Assembly (NCBI GenBank): GCA_951406725.2
Contig: OX597818.1
Location: 45,570,001 to 45,634,000, forward strand
DNA: 64,000 bases
Direction: 5' to 3'
From: Octopus vulgaris
Lineage: Eukaryota
The notes under the pieces: model-generated
What the model was told of the DNA's origin: nothing
The model's input: the letters and a program-made list of their open reading frames with translations, nothing else
The model's database searches: none
Shown: in pieces, positions 1-12,870 of the stretch
Layout: the number at the start of each line of letters is the position of its first letter
How positions within the stretch are numbered: the stretch's first letter is position 1
Program-made: the position numbers and the translations under genes

Positions 1-369
1 TAAACTGGATCGTATTGTCACTTATATACAGTGGAATGTATTGGGTTATGTGAAACAATTCCACAGTTCAATAATTCAATACTGGATGTAATAGTCTATA
101 ACTTTTATAGGAAGCTAAACCGACACAACCAAAATCCATGCGGGACTGAATTGTATTGTCACCTAAAAATGGTTGTTGTAATATATTCGTTTCAAAATTT
201 GGCACAACGCCAGCAATTTCGGGATTGCATCGACCCCAGTGTTCGAGTGGTAGTTATTTTATCGACCCTGAAACGATAAAAGACAGAGTCGACCTCGGCA
301 GAATTTGAACTGAGAACTGAACTGAGCGAAATACTGCGAAGCATTTTTCCCAACCTGCTAATGATTCTG

Positions 370-600
370 TTTCTTTACTACCCACAAGGGGCTAAACATA
401 GAGGGGACAAATAAGGACAGACAAACGGATTAAGTCGATTACATCGACCCCAGTGCGTAACTTGTACTTAATTTATCGACCCCGAAAGGATGAAAGGCAA
501 AGTCGACCTCGGCGGAATTTGAACTCAGAACGTAGCGGCAGACGAAATACGGCAACGCATTTCGCCCGGAGTGCTAACGATTCTACCAGCTCGCCACCTT
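370..600 (-). mobile_element. tRNA-derived SINE family A (older degenerate copy adjoins at ~190-365)
   Basis: Reverse complement of the repeated unit GGCGGCGAGCTGGCAGAA (A box)...GAGTTCAAATTCC (B box)...GCCTTTCATCCTTTCGGGGTCGATAAATTAAGTACCAG...AAAGAAATA. Confidence 0.9.
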
Positions 601-802
601 GACGTAATGGAATATACTAAACAGTGTCATGGTTCTGAAACATCTGTCATCGCACTGATACGAAGTTATGAAGTCATAATGATATATCATGGAGGTCCTC
701 TTATTTTCTATTATTTGATATTGCGGTCAGCGGTCAGTTACCGTCTATACATCGGTCGGTCTACTCGAAAACACTTGATGATTCGCAACATTTTTTATAA
801 TG

Positions 803-872
<70 letters not shown>
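803..872. repeat. (AAT)n microsatellite
   Basis: Direct reading. Confidence 0.98.
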
Positions 873-1104
873 GTGGGTGTAAACACATGAACAAAATAAG
901 AATAAACAAAAACAAAAACAAATTACACGAAAGTATATAAACAGAAGATACAAATATTACGGGCTTTTCCCCACACACACACACTAACTAAACATAGACG
1001 CACATAGAGATATACGCATACGCAAATGAAGACACATACAATAGAAATACAAAATGGCTGACGGTTAGTAAGGAGAGACACACAAAGAAGAAAGAAGAAA
1101 GCAA

Positions 1105-1310
1105 TGGACCACTGATGCGGTCACAGGAGTGTGACGAAAGAACTCTGGCCGAAATAAGATTAAGATTAATATAAAAAAATAAATAACGCTGAAGCAAAGT
1201 AACACCAAATATATAGTGCGTGTGTTTTTATTGGCTAAACTGGCAAAATGACCATTCCGAAATACAACAATATCTGATTCAACACACGATTTCACATAAA
1301 AAATCTTGCA
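1105..1310 (+). mobile_element. Penelope-like pLTR fragment with degenerate hammerhead motif
   Basis: cca-CTGATGC-g-GTCAC aggagt GTGAC-GAAAGAACTC-tgg at 1109-1148; downstream sequence homologous to 44952-45140. Confidence 0.6.
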
Positions 1311-1804
1311 CAAGAAATATATAAACGTAACATTTTTTTTTCTGGACCAATTCAGGCAAATATTTTTTTCCTTCATATTTGAAAATTGAATGTAATTCGT
1401 ATACAAAATGCTTAATCAGACTCTACTAATATCATCGGGAAATATTCAATCCATATCCTCCAATTTCAGAGTTAAATATCACTTTTACCAGAACAACGTC
1501 TTTGATCTATTTAATATAATTAAGATGTGACGATAGAATTTCTCCAGAACATCTTAATCGACGTAACATAACGCTATCTTTTGTAATTCTTTAACTTCGT
1601 ATGAATGTATGTGTGTATGTATATGTGTGTGAGTGCGTGATTAAGTGAGTGAATGACGGACTGACTGAGTGGGTGAGTGACTGACTGAATAACTGAGTGA
1701 GTGAGTGAGCGAGTGAATGGGTGTATAAAGTGATACTGCATGTATTTACATTATTGTGTGCATAATAATCTTTTCTACTATAGGCACAAGGTCTGAAATT
1801 TGGG

Positions 1805-2282
1805 GATGAAAGGCAAAGTCGACCTCAGCGGAATTTGAACTCAGAACGTAGCGGCAGACGAAATACCAATTTCTTTACTACCTACAAGGGGCTAAACACA
1901 GAGAGGACAAACAAGGACAGACGAACGGATTAAGTCGATTACATCGACTCCAGTGCGTAACTGGTACTTAATTTATCGACCTCGAAAGGATGAAAGGCAA
2001 AGTTGACCTCGGCGGAATTTGAACTCAGAACGCAGCGGTGGACGAAATACCTATTTCTTTACTACCCACAAGGGGCTAAAGACAGAGAGGACAAACAAGA
2101 ACAGACACACGAATTAAGTCGATTACATCGACCCCAGTGCGTAACTAGTACTTAATTTATCGACCCCGAAAGGATGAAAGGCAAAGTCGACCTCGGCGGA
2201 ATTTGAACTCAGAACGTAACGGCAGACGAAATACGGCTGCGCATTTCGCCCGGCGTGCTAACGATTCTGCCAGCTCGCCGCT
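1805..2282 (-). mobile_element. SINE family A head-to-tail multimer
   Basis: Successive units joined at gacgaaatacc/tatttcttt. Confidence 0.9.
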
Positions 2283-2770
2283 TTGTCTTGTCTGCATAAT
2301 AATGCTCTAATATTTATGGTTTTCGATATAACAAACAATAAGCTAATTATATGTAAATAAAAGTATTTGAAGGTCAGTCATCAAATACTACCGAGAATAA
2401 ATTACGAAGAGAAATTACTCAGAGACTTCATCTACATGAAAAGTAAAGAATGATTAATGTTATCACCATATCTAATGCAGTGAACATTAATAGATTAGTT
2501 AATAATAATTGTGAGTTGGGAGAAAGACGTTATTAGTCAATGATTAATATTGCATTAATTATTTCGGCAATTACAAGGGGTAATTTGATCTTGTTATATT
2601 TCCTCAGTAAAGTATAACCTTCTCTGTACTTAATGGACTGGCCTCGAGATAAACGGCAAACAAAAATAATATACACCGCAACAGTGTAATTACATTTATG
2701 AGAGGTATTTCTGCTTTCAGTCTGTGATTTAAAATATCTCATTTCCTGGTACATATATTCGGATATAGAA

Positions 2771-3369
2771 GGCGGCGAACTGGCAGAAACGTTAGCATAC
2801 CGGGCGAAATGCGTAGCCGTATTTCGTCTGCCGCTACGTTCTGAGTTCAAATTCCGCCGAGGTCGACTTTGCCTTTCATCCTTTCGGGGTCGATAAATTA
2901 AGTACCAGTTACGCACTGGGGTCAATGTAATCGACTTAATACCTATGTCTGTCTTTGTTTGTCCTCTCTGTGTTTAGCCCCTTGTGGGTAGTAAAGAAAT
3001 AGGTATTTCGTCCGCCGCTGCGTTCTGAGTTCAAATTCCGCCGAGGTCGACTTTGCCTTTTATCTTTTCGGGGTCAATTAAATAAGTACTAGTTACACAC
3101 TGGAGTCGATATAATCGACTTAATCCGTGTGTCTGTCCTTGTTTGACCTCTCTGTGTTTGGCCCCTTGTGGGTAGTAAAGAAATAGGTATTTCGTCTGCC
3201 GCTACGTTCTGAGTTCAAATTCCGCCGAGGTCGACTTTGCCTTTCATCCTTTCGCGGTCGATAAATTAAGTACCAGTTGTGCACTGGGGTCGATGTAATC
3301 GACTTAATACCTATGTATGTCCTTGTTTGTCCCCTCTGTGTGTAGCCCCTTGTGGGTAATAAAGAAATA
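2771..3369 (+). mobile_element. SINE family A trimer
   Basis: One full unit plus two 5'-truncated units; single TSD ggtac(a/t)tatattcggatat at 2748-2766 and 3370-3388. Confidence 0.92.
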
Positions 3370-3959
3370 GGTACTTATATTCGGATATGTAGTAGCAAGC
3401 TACGGTCGTGTTCGATTCCAACTATGACTAACAAACGAATGATTGTAAAGAGATTTAATAAAAACGAATGATGGATTTTTATTGCAAGAAATCGGATTAT
3501 GAGGAGCAATATGATTATAAACTCATTAAATGGCACAAAAACAACAAACGGATCCTTACAGCTGCTCAGTAAAAGCGGTGAATTGTAACCAGCAACGCCG
3601 TTCAGTTTGACTGCAAATAAATGATGGAAATGTCAGAAGGTTCGTGAGTCATGTTCATCATGTGATAGGAAGTCCAGCGGACATTAGTGATGCAAATTCT
3701 TCGGAGATGTAGGAAACAGTTTGTAATTATTCATCACCAGCAACACCTTATATTAAAACAATATACCATAGCATTAATAAAGTATTAACGATAACAACAG
3801 CGAATGTCGCGATAAACTCAGATGACTTTAAAGGAAGATTATTCTCAAGATATTCTAGATGAAGACAAACAGTCCCAAAGAAACTCAGAGGTAAACAATG
3901 AGTGATCTGCCCTTTGGCATGGTAATGAATATTTGAAGTCTATATGCTAGCTCAAGGAA

Positions 3960-4182
3960 GGCGGCCAGCTGGCAGAATCATTAGCACGCCGGGCGAAATG
4001 CGTAGCCGTCTGTCGTTACGTTCCGAGTTCAAATTCCGCCATGGTCGACTTTGCTTTTCATCCTTTCGGGGTCGATAAATTAAGTACCAGTTACGCACTG
4101 GGATCGATATAATCGACTTAACCCCTTTGCCTGTCCTTGTTTGTCCCGTCTGTGTTTAGCTCCTTATGGGTAGTAAAAAAAT
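3960..4182 (+). mobile_element. SINE family A monomer
   Basis: Matches unit; TSD tatatgctagctcaa on both sides. Confidence 0.9.
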
Positions 4183-4284
4183 ATATATGCTAGCTCAATA
4201 AAACTGAGTTAGCATATGAGTTTTTTATGTAATCTATGCATCCTTAATATATATATCCACCACAAGATTCAATTCTGGTTACAG

Positions 4285-4460
4285 TGTTGTGACTTGTGCG
4301 CCTCAACGACTCTGAAAGCTATGCAAGCGGAGCACAAACTCCAGGTAGGACCTCCCAAGTTGGGCAGGTCAAATGATAAAGGCCAGACTAATTATAGAGC
4401 ACCTCTTCCCAGAGGTAAAAATAAGTCTGCGTAAATCTAAGGCCACAACCTAGAAATAAT
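4285..4460 (+). mobile_element. Probable 5' UTR fragment of an RTE-clade LINE
   Basis: aagctatgc...ggtaggacctcccaag...caggtc...ccagac resembles the BovB/Expander-type 5' UTR as I recall it. Confidence 0.45.
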
Positions 4461-4621
4461 ATTTTTTAAAAAAGAATTAAAAGAAATATCGATGACAATT
4501 CAAAACCAACAAGACCTGCGGAGAGGCCATCCCATTGTCGAGAACAGTAGAGATAAGTGCCGATATCCTACGCTGTATAAGGGGCGAAGGGCTTAATTAT
4601 ATAATTAATATGCAGCCACAA

Positions 4622-5223
4622 AGCAGCGAGCTGGCAGAATCGTTAGCACGCCGGGCGAAATGCTTAGCGGTATTTCGTCTGCCGCTACGTTCTGAGTTCA
4701 AATTCCGCCAAGGTCGATTTTGCCTTTCATTCTTTCGGGGTTGATTAAATAAGTACCAGTTACGCACTGGGGTAGATATAATCGACTTAATCTGTTTGTT
4801 TGTCCTTGTTTGTCCCCTCTGTGCTTAGCCCCTTGTGGGTAGTAAAGAAATAGGTATTTCGTCTACGTTCTGAGTTCAAATTCTGCCGAGGTCGACTTTG
4901 CCTCTCATCCTTTCGGGCTCGATTAAATATATTTCTTCATTTAAAGTACCAGTTACGCACTGGAATCGATATAATCGACTTAATACGTTTGTCTGTCCTT
5001 GTTTGTCCTCTCTGTGTTTAGCCCCTTGTGGGTAGTAAAGAAATAGGCATTTCGTCTACGTTTTGAGTTCAAATTCTGCCGAGGTCGACTTTGCCTTTCA
5101 TCTTTTCGGGATCGATTAAATAGGTACCAGTTACGTACTGGGGTTGACATTATAGACTTAATACTTTTCTGTGTTCTTGTTTGTCCTCTTTATGTTTAGC
5201 CCCTTGTGGGCAATAAAGAAATA
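4622..5223 (+). mobile_element. SINE family A trimer
   Basis: Junctions gaaatagg(t/c)atttcgtc at ~4850 and ~5045; degenerate TSD tat(g/a)cag(c/g)cacaa. Confidence 0.9.
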
Positions 5224-5989
5224 AATATATACAGGCACAAGGCTCAAATCGGAAAGAAAAACATTACTAATCTTAGTTGGTGAAGTTGACAAAGACAGAC
5301 AAAACATGTTCAACTATTTTACATGAATTTTTATCATATTTTATTCATTTGAAATTACGTTGCTAAGTGTTATAGAATACCAATATTTCCAACAGTGAAA
5401 TAAATTTTATGCCTTGGAGAAAGAGAAATTCTAACGATTGTCGAGATTTCTTCTACATACAGCATTGCAGTGTTTCACTGCTAAATATATTAATTGCATT
5501 TTTGTAACACACTACTCTTTCTTTTGTGCTAATAAAATCAAACATCCTCCAGATATATGTTATCGATCCGACTCTTTTTTCTCTGATCAATAATCATTTC
5601 TCATGCACTTTAAGCTTTATGTATCAGTAATGACAAGACGCTAGCTTATATTATATTATATATTATATTTTAATTCGGTTCTAACTTCCGTAATCTGAAT
5701 TTTTGTATCTCCGTTTCAATTAACGATTTAAGAATGTAATACGTTTAGCGATGACTAAATCCAAAATAATTGATTTCAGTCTTTGCTGCTAATATCCAAA
5801 AGAAACTCTAATAGTTCCAATATTTCACTTAATGATTGATTTCTTTTATTGTTTTTGTCTGGAGGAGAGAATCAGCCCATGACCTTTCCAAGGCCGCCGA
5901 GGCTGATGAGATCGATATGGTTAGCGCTCCTCATGCACAGATGCAAGTCGACTGCAATAGAAAAGACACGTTGATTCCTCCAGGTTAAT

Positions 5990-6197
5990 CCATAAGGAGC
6001 ATAGGTGCGGTTTCCCAGTTTCTCTGACGTATATATTCCTCCCTGGATGGGAATTACTCATTTTTAACGAAGAACTGGAGCAGCGTAAACTGAAATGTTT
6101 TGTTCAAGAATACAACGCATTATCCAGTCCAGGAATCGAAACTACAATCTGCGATCGTGAAGCCAACACTCTAACCACTAAGCTATGCGCCTCCACT
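5990..6197 (-). mobile_element. tRNA-derived SINE family D
   Basis: Reverse complement of GTGGAGGCGCATAGCTTAGTGGTTAG...GTTTCGATTCCTGGAC; homologous to 11103 and 43545 copies. Confidence 0.8.
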
Positions 6198-6262
6198 CGA
6201 TGAGATACGTACCGTGAAAGAATTCCGAAGGATCTTACGCTCTGGCGAAGAAGAGCTGCTGT

Positions 6263-6732
6263 CTTCTCTTCTTCTTCCAATCAGGACTCACGCTATTAGC
6301 CACAAAGAATAATCTTTAATACGAGCCTACTCTAAGCTACTAAGAATGCGTGTGGCACCCACCACACGCGATAGACCGGTGGTTGCACGGGCACGAAAGC
6401 TAAGTTGTTATCGTCATGGCTTTTAATGGGTGGAGAGCTGAACCATCCTGGGGTACAGAGGACTCACAATCTAGACTAGGGTCTGAAAGTTTACTACACC
6501 ATAGTGGGCTACACCATGGTTCCTCTGTTTTGTGGCAGAAGTAGGAAGAAAGAGTGAGAGAAAGTTGTGGTGAAAGAGTACAGCAGGGTTCACCACCCCA
6601 TCGCCGCCGGATCCTCGTGGGGCTTAGGTATTTTTGCTCAATAAACATTCACAATGCCCGGTCTGGGAATTGAAACCGCGTTCTTAGGACCGCGAGTCCG
6701 CTGCTCTTACCACTGGACCATTGCACCTCCAC
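6263..6732 (-). mobile_element. tRNA-derived SINE family C, long-tail variant
   Basis: Head shared with the 52798 copy; TSD agagctgctgt at 6252-6262 and 6733-6743; (GAA)-like tail. Confidence 0.85.
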
Positions 6733-7325
6733 AGAGCTGCTGTGTATTGGTTAATGCAATATCTCGGATGGTGGACACAATACGAGTGACTGGAAGAAGA
6801 GAGACGAATGAATAGGGAATGCCTGATCCGATGAGTATCAACCATTTCAGTAACAGTAGAAAATACAGCACTTCATTTCATCGTCCCCGGGGCGGTGTAA
6901 ATCAGATTTGATTGCCGAACGTACAGTGCTCGAAACTAATAGCACAATGCATTTTGTCCGACGCACTAACGATTCTGCCAAACCACCGTTCTCATGATAA
7001 TATTGACTATCTAAGAATGTATACTTGATGAAATAATTGTTATATATGCATTTTTATATTTTATATCAAAATTACTGAATAATAGCATCGTTGGTTACAG
7101 ATTCCTAACAAGCCAAACATTGACACACTGCATTTCTGACTATGTGAGTGACAAGGGAGTGTCTATAACTCAATGCAGAACAAATATTGCAAGGGACCTC
7201 GTTCGGAAAACGCAAACTTTTCGATTGTGTCATTATGCTTATATTCTTCTCCAATAAACATCAACGGAATCTATACGCATACATACATACAAAGATATAT
7301 TACCTACAGGCATCTGTGTGTGTCT

Positions 7326-7328
<3 letters not shown>

Positions 7329-7382
<54 letters not shown>

Positions 7383-7506
7383 GAAAATAGTAATGCAATA
7401 CGAGAGTATTGCTTTCCAGTAAAGGATAGCCCGTGTATGTATGTATATATATATATATATATATAAATATATAAAAAAATATATATAAAAAAATATATAT
7501 ATATAA

Positions 7507-7575
<69 letters not shown>

Positions 7576-7861
7576 TATCTTTCTGTTGAAGAGCGTAGGC
7601 TCGAAACGTAAAAGACTTGTTTTATTTATATTCCTGAGCGCCATACTAATACAATTGTTTGTTTGTATTCCACCTCCTTCGTCTTTTGTTTATTTTCATA
7701 AAGCTTCCCGTTATATATATACATATATATATACATATATATATATACATATATATATATGCATATATATATACGCATATATGTATGTATATATATATAC
7801 ACACACATATATATATATGTGTATATATATATACATATATGTATATATATATACATGTGTG

Positions 7862-7920
<59 letters not shown>

Positions 7921-7945
7921 TATACATATATGTATGTATGTATAC
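7329..7945. repeat. (TA)n/(TACA)n microsatellite complex with two short unique inserts
   Basis: Direct reading; inserts at ~7381-7435 and ~7578-7712. Confidence 0.95.
7578..7615 (+). ncRNA. Minimal type I hammerhead ribozyme-like motif (Penelope type, A6 mutated)
   Basis: tcttt-CTGTTGA-a-GAGC gtag GCTC-GAAACGTA-aaaga; stems I and II pair, palindromic ACGT stem III. Confidence 0.65.
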
Positions 7946-8409
7946 ATGACTAGTTTCCACAGTTTTTTTCCGTCTACCAGCAAATGACACTTTTGTAAGG
8001 TTCTACACAGCAGGATCAGACACAGTCATGTGGTTGTGAAACGAATTTCTTAACAACACAGCTGTTTCTTAACAACACACCGGTAGGCAGCAACTTATGT
8101 TTATGTCTACTTCCTTATTTAATCACAATAACTTATACCCTGTAGTGGGTGAAGAAGAAATCTGTGACAATAAAATTTTTCCTAAGACGTTGGGAAGTAA
8201 AATCGCTTCTTTAAAACTGAAATTTATTTTCCGTCAATTGACATAAAACATTCAAAGATGTCTGTCTCCTTCAAACAATAGCTATAGTTTTCATTTTCTT
8301 TTCTTTTTTGTTTTTCTTTCTTAACGGTTTCCCGTTTTCATGGCGTGTAAGTGACCGGCTTTACAACATTCCCCTCGAATGGTACACCGGTCCGTTGCAG
8401 GATTCGAGT

Positions 8410-8602
8410 TAGTAATTTTGAGGAGAGGGTTCAAGCCGATTACATCAACCCCAATATTTCACTGGCACTTTATTTTATCGACCCCGAAGAGATGAAAGGC
8501 AAGTTGACCTCGGTGGGATTTGAACTCAGTATGTAAAATACCGGTAGAAATGCCGCTCAGCATTTTGTCCGATATGTTATAGATTCTGTCAGCTCACCGC
8601 CT
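8410..8602 (-). mobile_element. Old SINE family A-related copy
   Basis: Diverged match to head and central domain. Confidence 0.75.
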
Positions 8603-9014
8603 TACAATTTTCTTTGGATCAGGTTTATTTAATGTAAGGATATTGCAAAATAATTTCTTAAATACCTTTCCTTGTTTGATGCCCCTCTTCGGGAATAAAG
8701 TTTTATACCTTTTGCTTTCAAAAGAAATTTAAACATCTTACATATTCTTTAAAGGATTCACTGTTTCTTTAAAGGAACTATCAAAATGGGCAACAACTTA
8801 AGTTTCTGATTTTATCCTAAATGTTCTAATTTTTACCGAGGAATGCACTTTTCTCTTTTCAGAATTCCTTACAACACTTTCTTTTTGTAATAATGCCATA
8901 GCCTGGTTTCAATTGAAGTTTTCTTATACTTTACTAATAATAAATAATTTCAAATATGAAATGTCAAAATTTGAAATATCTATCAATGACACCCATCGGG
9001 ATTTAATATGCAAC

Positions 9015-9105
9015 AACAGCGCATGCGTTACTTTAGCTGGAATCTCTTAACATTGACTACAGAACGAATAAAATACGAGGTTGCCAGCGTCTACGGATAA
9101 CAGAG
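9015..9105. promoter_or_regulatory. Candidate promoter motifs (NRF1-like, RFX X-box-like)
   Basis: GCGCATGCG at 9019; GTTGCCAG and GTCTACGGATAAC at ~9080-9101 in unique sequence. Confidence 0.3.
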
Positions 9106-11102
9106 AATGGTCCGTGATGTTTATTAGCAGAAAGGCAAGTATTTCTAGCGAATAAAGCAGCCCCTTTTTAAATATAAATATATAATATTCGAAAGCGCTG
9201 TATGTGTTGTACAAGCTTTCTCTTAGATTCTACAACCAAAAGAAAGAAAACGCTCTATAGAAAAGAATAATTTTCCTCATATAAAGTCTGATTAGTACTT
9301 AGATGTGAGATGAATCTATTTTGTTATTCCACTCATCAAGTGAAATTATTAATACCAAACTCAGCTTTCTCCGAACTCATGATAAAAACTAATATAATTT
9401 TTCCTTGGTCTTGTGTTTACAGTAACTCATGTCTCTTTATTCAATTATCAATATTCAACATCTAACATTTTCTCATTTTGCTTTCACGATTTCTCCTTTA
9501 TCAAATCTAAATGTATTTAAGAAGACAACTTAAATAATTGTTGATAAACAGTAAATATATAAAAACATGCGAGTGTGTGAGAGTGTGTACATGTAGGAGT
9601 GTGTATTAAAACATATGTAGACAAGCACAATGTTATTTGGTACTCTATATTCAAGAATTACAAGTGAATATTTAGATATGGTGATTTAGTGTTATAGTTT
9701 AAGTAGGCAATTCATCAATTATATCCCTAAAGATAAGTTGATCTATATGGCAATGAAAATAGAACTGAAAGCTATTCCAGAATTTTAAATCATGTAGTTA
9801 CATATTTATACAATTATATAGTACGTGATTTATCACATAATATAATTCTGCATAGTTCTGCTATAATAATTGCAAAACTTTGATGTAACTAGAACAGACA
9901 TACTCTCCATCATAATTATATCAAATATGTCTAAAACGTAATAGGTTACATCTCTATAGGCTACTTTGTCAGTTGCAGAACTATTGTCAGACTTAAATTA
10001 AAATGTATGGATTTCGTTGAAAAGTAATGCATAGCAACTTTATACTATTAAGCAATGAGTAAATCATTTGATTTGAGTGTTAAACTGTTTTAAACAAAAG
10101 ATTCTTATTTTGTTACTGAAGTGATGTTCAACAATGTCTACTAACATAGCTTACTAGACAGCTATTTGCTGTTGCAACATGAAATTAATTCTATATCTTT
10201 TAGTACATTTATCAACGATAGATGAAAGATTTATCTTTTAAAAGCCGTTGTTCTACCTATATTTAATCACCACGTCACTGAATAACGAAATATAAGCGTT
10301 ATCGCTGTGTTTTGTTGGTGGGGAAATCAAATAAAATTGTTAAAACTTTCTTTTGTATCTTTTTAAAATCCTTTTCACCAAAACTCTAATTGATTCTGAT
10401 TTCTTCTTGACGGTTCATAAAAATTATTAGTTACAAAATTATGGTATTTTCTATCTTATTAACGACATTAATTTTGAAATATTTCAGATCCTGAGTGTAT
10501 TTTCTTCTGTTCTTTCTGATTGTGAAACCTGTTAATGAATTTTAGATATTTTCCTTATTCCCAGCAGAATCTATTTGTACAAATATATAAATTATCAGTC
10601 TAAAGTTTATGTTTATTAGTCAGAAAAAGAACTTGTGATCATACGAATTGTTGCGATTGGGAAAACAACAAGATATCTTTTTTTAGCTTTCAGATGTCTG
10701 CAACAGTTAAATTCTCTAAAGAAGAAACTAATAAGGCCACCTGAGAGATTATTAGAGATTCTTATGCTTATTATATATAAAGAAAGCAATGATTTCCCTA
10801 ATTATTGTGAGGAAGAAAAGCAGCGCTCAGAACCATTTCATCTCTGATTTTCAAAATTATTCCGAGGAAAAGAGACAAGAAGAGGAAAAGCAACACTCAA
10901 AAACCACTGCAACTCCTCCAAATCAATATCATCAATCTAATCGATGTTCAACTCTTGCCTGGTTTCACACCTTATTTTAAGTAATTTTCAGATTCTAACT
11001 CTTCGCACTAGACTTTTTATAGAATATCAGAAGGTGGGTCTTTAGTTCCAGTAATGACTATTAAATAAGATAGAATCTCATTTGTTGCTTTGTACCACTC
11101 AG

Positions 11103-11895
11103 GTGGAAGCACATGGCTTAGTGGTTAGGGTGTTGGACTCATGATCGTAAGGTTGTGGTTTCGATTCCTGGACCGGGTGACGTGTTGTGTTCTTGAGCTA
11201 AACACTTCATTTTGCGCTGCTCCATTCCACTCAGCTGTTAAAAATGAGTAACCTTGCAACAGACCAGCGTCCCGTCTGCGAATTTTTTTCCCACAGGAGT
11301 TCCGGAGTCCAGTTATGAATGAACTCATTTGCATACAGCCAATCAGAGCTCAACCATCAAACTATTTTATGAGCGCGTAACAACTGATGGGCGATTAGAT
11401 AAAATCACTCGGTTAAGAAATGGCCATGTTTCTTTTCTCTTTTAATAATGCTTGTTGTTCTTGTTCTTATTTCAACCATGGCTGCCTCTGCGTAGTTATT
11501 TGTGTTGTTGTTTACTTTCTAAAACAGTAAGGGATTAGGGTTGTTAGCTCGTCACCCTCTACCCACATTTTCCCCATTCACATCTTTGCCATATGGGACC
11601 CTAACAAAATCCGATAATGGGTCTAGATGCAAATTACTAATCTAATTACTTGTCTCCTTATAAAACCAGGCTTAACTTGGCGATCGGTCGACTTACAATA
11701 CCGTTCTTCGTCTTGAGTCTACTTGGTAGAGTGTGTTTGTTAACTTGACACAGTCAATGTGAGCTCTGATTAGCTGTATGCAAATGAGTTCATTACTGGG
11801 ATCCGGAACTCTCGTGGGAAAAAAATTTCGCGTCCTGTCCAGGGAGGAATATAAGCACGCCAGAGAAACCGGGAAACCGGTCCTATGCTCCTTAC
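11103..11895 (+). mobile_element. SINE family D split by a MITE
   Basis: Head and body at 11103-11277, tail resumes at 11832. Confidence 0.8.
11278..11831. mobile_element. MITE with ~70-bp TIRs, Mutator-like
   Basis: TIR gcgaatttttttcccac...cagccaatcagagctca and its inverse; 9-bp imperfect TSD gtcccgtct/gtcctgtcc. Confidence 0.8.
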
Positions 11896-12477
11896 GGAGT
11901 AATATTGACCACTAGCCTTTGTACTTTCAGGAAAACATTGACAAGAATTCCTGAGAACAGCATCTGTAGAGACACAAGACTGACACGTTGAGCTTATGTG
12001 TAGAAAAAACTTTTGTGGGGGAAAGTGTGTGTGTGTGTGTGGTTTGGAGTGATCGGAATATATTTTTAATCTGATATCTTTTAAAAAATTTTTATCAGAG
12101 ATATCTAAACCCTAAACTACCCCCTCTTCGATATGTTGCAATAAAACAAGTAGAAATAAATGTCCGTTTCGGATGATTAAATTCAGTTCGAGCACCGTTA
12201 GCTAGCTGGTGGTCGTTTAAATCGTTGCTGACATGAAAGGAAAACGATTTTGCTTTTTCGTCGAACTTTTCACTCGTATGAAACGGGAGAGAAATTTTCC
12301 GAAAAGAAATTGATTCTGTCGATCTATAAAGAGGAAAATACACTCCAGATTATGTAGGAAATGATTGTGATTTATCTGTTAAATGTGAGCGTGTAGGACT
12401 GGTTGCTATCTAAAGTAGAAAAGCTGCGTTTCATGTGTATGAGATAAAGTTATATGTTTCCATATGTGTGTTTGTAT

Positions 12478-12633
12478 GTGCTTGACAACCGTCCCCGTAA
12501 CTTAGCGGTTCGGCAAAAGAGACCGATAGAATAAGTACTAGGCTTACAAAGAATAAGTCCTAGGGTCGATTTGCTCGACTAAAGGTGGTGCTCCAGCATG
12601 GCCGCAGTCAAATGACTGAAACAAGTAAAAGAG
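12478..12633 (+). mobile_element. 3' part of SINE family B
   Basis: gtccccgtaacttagcggttcggc...atgactgaaacaagtaaaagag shared with 16190, 29028 and 48947 copies. Confidence 0.85.
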
Positions 12634-12870
12634 TAGTGTATATACGTATATATATATGTGTGTGTGTGTGTATGTACGTATATGTATATATATGCATATA
12701 TATGTGTTCATATATATATATATATACCGGAGTATATACATAAATGTGAAACAAGGTGGAAAAAAGAGTACTCAAATACCAGTGGTAGAGTAATATGCTT
12801 TATTTAAAGCAGCAGAAAATTCAACTCAGAGTAACAGGTTTTGTTGAATTTTCTGCTGCTTTAAATAAAA

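Noticed and set aside
1805-5223. Regularly repeated units suggesting a CRISPR array
   Set aside because: Units are ~190-bp SINE monomers without unique spacers; eukaryotic context and no cas genes
10635-10980. Short ORFs after an acceptor-like site
   Set aside because: Stops in all frames and no recognisable homology
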